A stretch of 64,000 nucleotides of DNA, taken from sequence record SRR22947725_6733; one strand, 5' to 3'. Below are positions 10,833-18,702 of the stretch, piece by piece (position 1 is the first letter of the stretch; every line of letters starts with the position of its first letter). Made by a program: the position numbers and the translations under genes. The notes under the pieces were generated by a model. The model saw only the letters and a list, made by a program, of their open reading frames with translations, did not search any database and was not told the origin of the DNA.

Positions 10833-10870
10833 GATAACAGACATGTATCGGCCTTTCACCCGCAACCAAT

Positions 10871-11173
10871 ATGGACTTTGAATCAACTAGCGAACGCATT
10901 CTCGTCTTGGGGATCAAAGAGCTAACCTCTGCTAATGCCGCTGCTGTCAAAGATGATGTTCGCCGTTGTATTCGTCCGGGGCATCTAACCTTGGATATAG
11001 ATATGTCCAACGTCCGCATTCTTGACAGCAGCGGCCTCGGAACGCTTATTGCACTTCACAAGTGCATGTGTCAGCAGAATGGGTTGGTTCGTATCATGAA
11101 CCCGACACCAATAGTCGAACAAGTTTTGGAACTGACTCGACTTCACCGACTCCTGGAAATCACCAGGCAGTAG
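10871..11173 (+). CDS. STAS-domain anti-sigma factor antagonist
   Basis: IDMSNVRILDSSGLGTL phosphoacceptor motif, VLELTRL. Confidence 0.92.
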   Translation: MDFESTSERILVLGIKELTSANAAAVKDDVRRCIRPGHLTLDIDMSNVRILDSSGLGTLIALHKCMCQQNGLVRIMNPTPIVEQVLELTRLHRLLEITRQ

Positions 11174-11187
11174 TTTTTATCACAAGG

Positions 11188-12996
11188 ATGTCATCGATGC
11201 GTCGCGAAGCCCTACCATCCTTTTTCGTTCAGTTCGAATGCGATGTAGACGCATCCATCACACCGATAAGGCGAGTGATTGCATTCTTGGAAAATTATGG
11301 CTTCGATCAGACTGAATGCGGTGCGTGGGGAGTAGCCATTCAGGAGGGAGTCAATAATGCCATCCTGCACTGCGAACTCGATAAAAACGAGACTCCTCAT
11401 CCGATAGCCATCGAGGTCATGGTGCGTCCGGATTATGTGGAGGTTCTTGTTCATGACCACACTCAGGGCTTTAGTTGGCCTATTTCCCCCAGCCTTCCGT
11501 CTGAAAGCAGTGAGGATGGGCGCGGTGTCTATATCATTCAGCAATTAGTGGACGACTCCGATTACCTGCGGGGAACGCATTCGAATCGATTGATTCTGCG
11601 TAAGAATAGAACACTGCCAGGCGAACTGAAAGAGGAAGAGATAAAGTGGAAGGATCGCCTCAAGACTATCGAAAGCCAGCTTGATGAAACCGACAAGGCT
11701 CTGAATTCGACGCAGGAAGAATTATTTTCATGCTACGAAAGTCTCTCGGCAATTTTTCAATTTGGTACTGAGCTTGGTAAACAAGGTGACATCAAAAGTT
11801 TTGCAGACAGGCTTCTCAAGCAGTTGATTCTAATCATGGGAGCCAATGGTTATCTTTTTCGTACATGCAACGAGAATGGGAGCGTAATTCGTACCTACTC
11901 GCGTTCATCGGATTTGCTTGATCCGTCACCGCTTAATTGGAATGCAGGCAAAGCAAAGCATTTTCTCGAGTCTCAGAGTATTGTGATTCGCAAGGATATT
12001 CTAAGGGATACTGATTTGGAAAAATTGGAAGAGGGTGATCCATTGATCGCGTTCAATGCGAAGTTCATTCAAGTGCACCCAATCATCATAGGCGAAGAAA
12101 TGATCGGTATTTTGAGCGTGGGATCCAGCGAATCTGAGGAACCTTTTACATCGGCCCAAACCAATGTCATGCATACGTTCGCTCACTTTCTGGCATTACA
12201 GTTGGTCAATGTGTCTCGACAGGAAGAGCGAATTGAATTTGGTAAAATTTCCAAAGAACTCGAAATTGCACAAGATATTCAAGCCTCGCTGCTTCCATCA
12301 AAGTGGCCCGAAGTAGAGGGATACACGATAGCAGGAAAATGTAACACCTCGAGAAATGTCAGTGGCGATTTTTTTGATGTCATTTACCATGAGACGGATC
12401 CTGACAAAGTATTACTTGTCATTGCGGACGTAATGGGAAAAGGTGTCCCAGCATCAATATTTGCTGCTATTTTTAGAAGCCTAGTACGCTCATCAACTGA
12501 ATTGTTTGAGCATCCTGCTGAGTTGATGAGGAAATTGAATCGATCCATGTTCCAAGACCTCTCGGGCGTGGACATGTTCATCACTGCTCAAATCGCTTAT
12601 TGTGATTTAAGGCATCGTATCATGCGTATCAGCAACGCAGGTCATTGTCCCTTGCTTCTAACATCGAAGGACGAGACAATGCCCGTAACATCTCACTCGC
12701 CGGAAGGTCTTCCTCTTGGTGTGGTCAAACGGCCTGAGTTGGAAGAATTGAAGATTGATGTTCCCAAGGGGGTGCGGGTCCTGATGTACACCGATGGCAT
12801 TGTAGAGACGACAACACAAATGGTGGGTAACGAACTATTAGGTCAAAAAAGACTCGTTCACTGGTTTCAGGATGCACGAAGTGTCGATCAGAAAGCATCC
12901 GCATTTCAGTCCTCCCTTGAAAAACTTTTGAGAGCCACCAGCGAAGATCAACTGAAGGATGATCAAACCTTTATTTTGTTAGTGGAGAACGGATGA
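11188..12996 (+). CDS. HATPase (RsbW-like)-coiled coil-GAF-SpoIIE/PP2C fusion protein
   Basis: EGVNNAILH, D..QGF and GRGVYIIQQL (GHKL kinase); central GAF-like segment; SGDFFD, ADVMGKG, NAGH, YTDGIVE, DDQT (PP2C). Start likely 11188. Confidence 0.9.
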   Translation: MSSMRREALPSFFVQFECDVDASITPIRRVIAFLENYGFDQTECGAWGVAIQEGVNNAILHCELDKNETPHPIAIEVMVRPDYVEVLVHDHTQGFSWPISPSLPSESSEDGRGVYIIQQLVDDSDYLRGTHSNRLILRKNRTLPGELKEEEIKWKDRLKTIESQLDETDKALNSTQEELFSCYESLSAIFQFGTELGKQGDIKSFADRLLKQLILIMGANGYLFRTCNENGSVIRTYSRSSDLLDPSPLNWNAGKAKHFLESQSIVIRKDILRDTDLEKLEEGDPLIAFNAKFIQVHPIIIGEEMIGILSVGSSESEEPFTSAQTNVMHTFAHFLALQLVNVSRQEERIEFGKISKELEIAQDIQASLLPSKWPEVEGYTIAGKCNTSRNVSGDFFDVIYHETDPDKVLLVIADVMGKGVPASIFAAIFRSLVRSSTELFEHPAELMRKLNRSMFQDLSGVDMFITAQIAYCDLRHRIMRISNAGHCPLLLTSKDETMPVTSHSPEGLPLGVVKRPELEELKIDVPKGVRVLMYTDGIVETTTQMVGNELLGQKRLVHWFQDARSVDQKASAFQSSLEKLLRATSEDQLKDDQTFILLVENG

Positions 12997-13385
12997 TGTA
13001 TCGAGTCCTTATTGCAGATGACGAGCCGCACATGCTTAAGTTCATTGAGTTCACTTTGAGAAAGGGGGATTTCGAAATATTAAAAGCAAACGATGGTGTG
13101 CAAGCTCTAGAAGTGGCGGAGGCGCAAAAGCCTAACGTCATTGTTTTGGATGTGTTGATGCCGGGAATGGACGGAGTGACAGCGCTCAAGAAGCTGAAAA
13201 AAAACCCAGTATTGAAGCTGATTCCTGTCATCTTATTGACCGCCCGTGGTCATACCCTTGACCCTGAAGAGGCGAAAAAGGCTGGAGCCTCCTACTATCT
13301 GACAAAGCCATTTAGTCCGACAGAACTTTTGAAACAAGTTCAACAACTCGCAGCATCTGGTTCTTCTCAAACCGTTCTTAATTGA
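12993..13385 (+). CDS. single-domain response regulator
   Basis: ADDE, LDVLMPGMDG, LTA, TKPFSP; ATGA overlap with the upstream gene. Confidence 0.93.
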   Translation: MMYRVLIADDEPHMLKFIEFTLRKGDFEILKANDGVQALEVAEAQKPNVIVLDVLMPGMDGVTALKKLKKNPVLKLIPVILLTARGHTLDPEEAKKAGASYYLTKPFSPTELLKQVQQLAASGSSQTVLN

Positions 13386-13432
13386 AACGGCGCATTAGCC
13401 ATTGAAAACAGGTTTCTTGCTATTATCGATGA

Positions 13433-14122
13433 ATGGACATTCTCATTGAAAATCTCCTTTTCCGCTGGGCTTATTCGGGGTTCGAATTATCGGTGCCACA
13501 GCTACATCTCGAATCGGGCGTCTCTGCTGCGATTGTTGGTCCAAGCGGTTCAGGTAAGACCACTTTTTTAAAACTGCTCACAGGAATTGAACAGGCTGAC
13601 AAGGGGGATGTTCAGCTTGGTGAAATATTGTTGGCCAAGCTCAATGGCAATCAGCGGCGTGCCTTGCGTCAGCGCTCTATTGGCTATGTGTTTCAAGATT
13701 TCAAGCTCATTGAATACCTCAATGTGGAGGAGAATATTCTTACTCCCTGGCGTCTCTCTGAAACCTCTGGGCACTCCAGAGTGAATATGAAGGCCAGAGT
13801 TTCCTCCTTGATGGATCGCTTGGGTTTGGTATCCCTAAAACACCGTTATCCAGGCAAGTTATCCCAGGGAGAACGCCAACGTACGGCCATTGCCCGGGCG
13901 CTGTTATTGAAACCTGGCTTAGTCATCGCTGACGAACCTACTGGCAATCTGGATCCTGATAACAAGATATTGGTGAGAGATTTATTGTTAAGCGAAATCA
14001 CTCAGCAAGGTGCCACGTTAATTATGGTGACTCACGATCGTAGTTTGATTGAGGGATTTGACCGTGTCATTGACTTTGCAGACTTCCAATCCAAAACCCC
14101 CGTTAAAGCGAAGGCCATATGA
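13433..14122 (+). CDS. ABC transporter ATP-binding protein (LolD/MacB-type)
   Basis: GPSGSGKT, LSQGERQR, ADEPTGNLD, VTHD. Confidence 0.93.
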   Translation: MDILIENLLFRWAYSGFELSVPQLHLESGVSAAIVGPSGSGKTTFLKLLTGIEQADKGDVQLGEILLAKLNGNQRRALRQRSIGYVFQDFKLIEYLNVEENILTPWRLSETSGHSRVNMKARVSSLMDRLGLVSLKHRYPGKLSQGERQRTAIARALLLKPGLVIADEPTGNLDPDNKILVRDLLLSEITQQGATLIMVTHDRSLIEGFDRVIDFADFQSKTPVKAKAI

Positions 14123-15297
14123 ATCGTCACTTGCTCTTCTTTGTTTGGCGATACCTTGCCTATAACAAGGGTAAATCATTAGTTTTGTGGTTCAGCTTGA
14201 CGATGATTTTTGCCCTGCCCATGTGTCTGGGGCATTTGACTCGATTATTCGAACATTCTGTCAGAGCGAGGGCAATCGATACGCCGCTGGTACTCGGGGT
14301 CAAGGGCAATGAATACGACCTAACACTTCATGCTCTTTATTTTCAGGCGGATATTCAGGATACATTTCCTGTTCAAGAATGGCATGCGCTGATGGCCAAA
14401 AACCGAGGTGTATCGGTTCCTCTAGCCCTTGGCTTCACGGCATTTTCCAGACCTATTGTAGGTACTACGCTCGAATATTTCGAAGCTCGGAGCATGCAGA
14501 TACAGGAGGGAAGCACGTTTGTTCAACTTGGGCAGTGTGTGCTGGGTTCGGAGGTCGCTGAGTCGCTGGGGCTCGATCCTGGTATGAGTTTAATGTCCGA
14601 TGCTTCCAATGTATTCAATTTGGCAGGTGATTATCCTTTGAAGATGAAAGTGTCAGGAATATTCACCCCGACCGGAACCCCCGATGATTATGCTATCTTT
14701 GTGGATTTGAAAACCCACTGGATCATGGAAGGACTCGGACACGGGCATGAGAGCCTTTCTTCGTCCGATGACCGAGCGGATAAGATTTTGCAAACGAAGG
14801 ATGGAGTGGTGACGGCAAGCGCTTCTGTCCTCCCTTACCTTGAAATCAACCAAGAAAACCAGCAAACCTTTCATTTTCACTCAGCCATGCATGAACTCCC
14901 GGTCACGGCATTGCTGGTATGGCCTTCGAGTGTCAAATCAGAAACCTTGTTGATGGGGGAGTTTAACCATTCATCAAACCGACTTCAGCTCATTCGTCCA
15001 TTGGAAGTTGTGGAGTCCATGATGGCCTGGGTGATCCGGATCAAGCAATTCATGGATCTTAATTACCTGCTGATTGGATGCACTGTGTTCGGTATGGCAT
15101 CGATGATTTTTTTCCTTTCGGTGCGATTACGCAGCGATGAATTCGAAACCTTTCACTATTTGGGATGCCGTCGCACTTTTGTATCTCGCCTTGTGATTTT
15201 TGAGTGGGGTGCCTTGATGTTTGTTGCAGCCTGTTTTGCAGTTGTTATCACACTGTTTGCAGATCGTTGGATGCGGTGGATGTTATCAACGGTCTGA
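14119..15297 (+). CDS. FtsX/MacB-like ABC permease
   Basis: N-terminal TM, large soluble domain with GHGHE, C-terminal TMs; ATGA overlap with the ATPase. Confidence 0.8.
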   Translation: MNRHLLFFVWRYLAYNKGKSLVLWFSLTMIFALPMCLGHLTRLFEHSVRARAIDTPLVLGVKGNEYDLTLHALYFQADIQDTFPVQEWHALMAKNRGVSVPLALGFTAFSRPIVGTTLEYFEARSMQIQEGSTFVQLGQCVLGSEVAESLGLDPGMSLMSDASNVFNLAGDYPLKMKVSGIFTPTGTPDDYAIFVDLKTHWIMEGLGHGHESLSSSDDRADKILQTKDGVVTASASVLPYLEINQENQQTFHFHSAMHELPVTALLVWPSSVKSETLLMGEFNHSSNRLQLIRPLEVVESMMAWVIRIKQFMDLNYLLIGCTVFGMASMIFFLSVRLRSDEFETFHYLGCRRTFVSRLVIFEWGALMFVAACFAVVITLFADRWMRWMLSTV

Positions 15298-16731
15298 ATC
15301 GGAAGATGGTTGCGAATGTCTAATGAGTAAATGACGTTTTGGAGCACGTTCAGGGGTCAAAGCAGATTCTTCAATAAACCAAAGGAGCAAATGTGTTCTA
15401 GTCTCTGTAATTTCAGCTGGGCTGCTGGTCGCGTAATGTTCCTGAAAGTAGCGCATGGTTTGACTCCAGTTCAATCCTCGGCTCTGCGTTTTATTAAACC
15501 ACTCTTTCCAACGGTCTGAATCGAGCATGTTCTTTTGTGATGATGGTTTTTCCCAAGATAAAGGTTTTGTTGGTTTCAATAAATCGACTGCATTGTTTTT
15601 GGGGCCTCTCTGGTATTCGAGAATGAACCATCCATCGCTGTCAGGTGGATCAGGGGAAAACATCGACCATGATTGGGCAAGGCGTGTTGTTTTTAAAAGC
15701 CATTGAAGTGGCTCAGGCATTTTCGCCAAAACTGAGTTAGAGCTGAACGCGTGCGGTATCAACATTATTTGCCAAATTAACATGAGAGACACAAAAAATG
15801 CCGCCACAAATTGCAACATCAATAGATTAGATGGAGTGTGGTTTCTTGTTTCATCAGTGAGTGGTGTTTTCCGTGTTGGTGTGATTGCGATCAGTGCTAT
15901 TATGGAGACAAGTGGAAACAATCCCAGATCCATGAATACCAGTAATCCAAGTTGTAAGCTTATCAGTATCCAGCAGCCCAACTGCCTGAGAGGCACGCAA
16001 GGCCCGGCCAGGAGGAGAAGTGGGGCTATCCACTCCACTATCAAAGTTGTGTAGGTTAATGCGGATAGCAAGGCTGGGAAACGTAATAAAATGCGTCCAA
16101 AGTCACTGGTGTACGTGTCGATATTCAATGCAAGCCACACGGCAGTTCCATCGCTCCAGCTTTCTCCGGATTTGCTCCAGGCAGAGGTAAAGTATATCAG
16201 GGCTACCTGAAGCATGAATCCTGTGCAAAGCCATCCCTCGATTCGGACTTTTCCCTGCCATTCAAGGCGCTGTGTCATGTCCAGTGACCATCGAGCTCCA
16301 AGCGGTAGAAACATGGCCCAGAAAAACAATGCGGCAAGTTCTCTATCTGCTCCATAAAGAACCATAGGGTTACGGATATGCAAAGAATTGATGAATACCC
16401 AAGAAATGATCGTTGCCCAGCGCGTTTTGATTCCCAGTATCAGTGCCATTGCTGTCAATCCATGAACGACAAACAGGCATGCTTGCTCAAAATCGGATGT
16501 GAACCATAAGTGGAGAGGAATGAGAGCATTGAAATCTGCATACAACGTAGCCTGGCTTGGGGGTAAAATACCCGCCAGACCATAATGTGCCCTGAATGAG
16601 TCAGCCCGTGACACCAAATCCCAGAGGGTTATTGCACCGAGCCCGATCCTCAGACAGGCCAGCATGCGTAAATCCAGATAAAAGATTTGTTTCAATCTGG
16701 ACTGAATGGATTCCATTATGGTGGGAACCAT
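15286..16731 (-). CDS. HTTM-domain membrane protein
   Basis: LRIGLG, RNPMVLYGAD, LPLGARWSLD, QVALIY, K.GESW.DG, QSWSMFSPDP. Confidence 0.8.
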   Translation of the reverse strand: MVPTIMESIQSRLKQIFYLDLRMLACLRIGLGAITLWDLVSRADSFRAHYGLAGILPPSQATLYADFNALIPLHLWFTSDFEQACLFVVHGLTAMALILGIKTRWATIISWVFINSLHIRNPMVLYGADRELAALFFWAMFLPLGARWSLDMTQRLEWQGKVRIEGWLCTGFMLQVALIYFTSAWSKSGESWSDGTAVWLALNIDTYTSDFGRILLRFPALLSALTYTTLIVEWIAPLLLLAGPCVPLRQLGCWILISLQLGLLVFMDLGLFPLVSIIALIAITPTRKTPLTDETRNHTPSNLLMLQFVAAFFVSLMLIWQIMLIPHAFSSNSVLAKMPEPLQWLLKTTRLAQSWSMFSPDPPDSDGWFILEYQRGPKNNAVDLLKPTKPLSWEKPSSQKNMLDSDRWKEWFNKTQSRGLNWSQTMRYFQEHYATSSPAEITETRTHLLLWFIEESALTPERAPKRHLLIRHSQPSSDSDR

Positions 16732-16743
16732 ACTTTGAACAGT

Positions 16744-17604
16744 TTAATGTTGGGAATGGTTTGGGAAATCCTGCCGATATCTGCTCAGAAGTGTCGGAAT
16801 ATGAGCAGGTAGGACATAAAGTTTTCCATGCACTTTTTTAGTTTCTCCTGGATTTAAACCACCCAAACGAAAATCATTATGCAGGCAATGTATGACGCCT
16901 TGAAAGAGTTCCTGGTAAGGATCAAATGCGGCTGCAAGTAAAACCTTTCCATCCTTGCTGAAGCATCCAATCAACGCATTGCTAGGCGAATGAGGGTTCA
17001 GAGGTCTTGGATTGACGTCTTCTCCTTTGACTCCCGGGGCAGCCCAAACCTGGCCCGGTGTATATCTCGCCTTCGTTTCCCAATCTTTGGTTGGCATCAA
17101 GCTTAACTTGCCATCAAGAAAAATAAATGAACGTTCAATGTAGTCATAAGAAATTCCATTCGCGGGATCTCCATATCCGGTGAACTTGCCTACTCGAATA
17201 CAGGGTTGACCCCAATGTGCTTTGGAGGTTTTTTTGGTGGGATTATACGCGGTGATTTGAAAGTCCACGGAATCTTTATCGGAAGTAATGGTATGTTGCA
17301 CGATCACACCATCATTCAGCTTACATTGCAGACGAATCTTTTGATCTTGGGATTCCAGGATGACAGTTTGGTGGCCAATGACTGTATGCTGGTTCCAATC
17401 TGTTTCGTGGGCGTTGGGTCTGCAATAAGCTTCAATATACCAAATCGGTATGGTTCCTCCGGGAATATGTTTTCCTTGAATAGACAACATGTTTTTCTCA
17501 TAACGAAGTGTTAGTGGAGAATCACTCGCTTTTGAGACAGGGGGGGAAGCCAAACAGATCGCAATTCCAGCAAAAAGTAATCGCCTCAGCAGTGTGGACA
17601 TCAT
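16744..17604 (-). CDS. secreted hypothetical protein
   Basis: Signal peptide; YIEAYCRP, HWGQPCIR, CLHNDFR conserved-looking motifs. Confidence 0.75.
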   Translation of the reverse strand: MMSTLLRRLLFAGIAICLASPPVSKASDSPLTLRYEKNMLSIQGKHIPGGTIPIWYIEAYCRPNAHETDWNQHTVIGHQTVILESQDQKIRLQCKLNDGVIVQHTITSDKDSVDFQITAYNPTKKTSKAHWGQPCIRVGKFTGYGDPANGISYDYIERSFIFLDGKLSLMPTKDWETKARYTPGQVWAAPGVKGEDVNPRPLNPHSPSNALIGCFSKDGKVLLAAAFDPYQELFQGVIHCLHNDFRLGGLNPGETKKVHGKLYVLPAHIPTLLSRYRQDFPNHSQH

Positions 17605-17644
17605 CCTGTCATCTATAGGACCTCAGATGGAAAAGACAAGTGCT

Positions 17645-18442
17645 TTACTTCTTTGATTGAGCAGTCTCTGGGAATGCATTTGTCAAAATTTCAAGCAATA
17701 AGTTGGCTTGAGAAGGTTCTTTTTGATAGGCCCATCTCGAATCAAGGACGTTGTATTTGTAATGTGCCCAGTTTCCGGAGCTTTGTAAAAGTATGTCAGA
17801 CCATTCATATGCAGGACTCGAGACGAACACATTGTCTCCATCTAGAGTGCCTGCACACCATTCTCGTTCCGGGTGAGGTGTAGTACCCGTGGATGCGAAC
17901 GCATCGATGAGGGTGCGAACCTTTCCTCTGAAAGGAACATTTTTCAGCAGTGAAATGATGTGTTTGCAACATCGTCCAAAATGCCTTCTTGGTAATTTGG
18001 ATCTTTTTTCTTCCCAATCATCGCACGTGCAAGAAGGTTCACTCAAATCTACCTCATATTCATAAGCACCCGTAGTAAAACTTGTGATTGTGGTTTTGAA
18101 ATCAATTTTAGGGAGCAAGAAAGTCTCAGTGTCCTCCTGCTCTGCTGCCGGCAGCAGGCTTGCAGGAACATCGATGCCATTCTCTGCAATTCGATCATGC
18201 CAATGAGTATGAATTTCCACCAATAATCCGGCAACCTGACCAAGCTCATCCAGAGAAATTTCTCCATCCTTCCAAACTTCCACTAAAAGTGTGGCTAGTT
18301 CCTTGCCTGGCCAATGCAAAGTGCATTCAGGGCTGGCATTGAGAAACTCAGATAAGCGATAAACTTCATCAGCTGAAAGTTCACCATCGGCGAGTATGGC
18401 TTCGCACAAATCAATCAGTGGCGTTGGATCATAGGATTCCAT
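17645..18442 (-). CDS. TerB-like helical N-terminus plus SWIM zinc-finger protein
   Basis: Paired ILADGELS..E / VWKDGEIS..E motifs; YEVDL...CTC...CKH SWIM pattern. Confidence 0.65.
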   Translation of the reverse strand: MESYDPTPLIDLCEAILADGELSADEVYRLSEFLNASPECTLHWPGKELATLLVEVWKDGEISLDELGQVAGLLVEIHTHWHDRIAENGIDVPASLLPAAEQEDTETFLLPKIDFKTTITSFTTGAYEYEVDLSEPSCTCDDWEEKRSKLPRRHFGRCCKHIISLLKNVPFRGKVRTLIDAFASTGTTPHPEREWCAGTLDGDNVFVSSPAYEWSDILLQSSGNWAHYKYNVLDSRWAYQKEPSQANLLLEILTNAFPETAQSKK

Positions 18443-18702
18443 GCTTTGTTAACTTATTGCTTTTTCGTGTTTGGAAGGACTACTAATCATTAAAAATGTG
18501 GGGCATGTTTGCAGAAATTGCAAGGTATAAAGGTTCGTCTCACCTTGCGTATTACCCCTGAAAGCCGATCCGTATTTGATAGTTGTTTGAATTCTTCAGT
18601 GTGTTTTGAAAAAGGGCAGCGCCATGAGTGGCGAATACGGTGTGTCGCTAACGAAATTGCGAAACATTGCCATGCCTGATTGGGCGCTTTTGCTTTTTTT
18701 AG

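Noticed and set aside
18520..18548. gcaaggt/accttgc hairpin upstream of the SWIM gene
   Set aside because: A 7-bp stem with no U-tract or second copy; could be chance.
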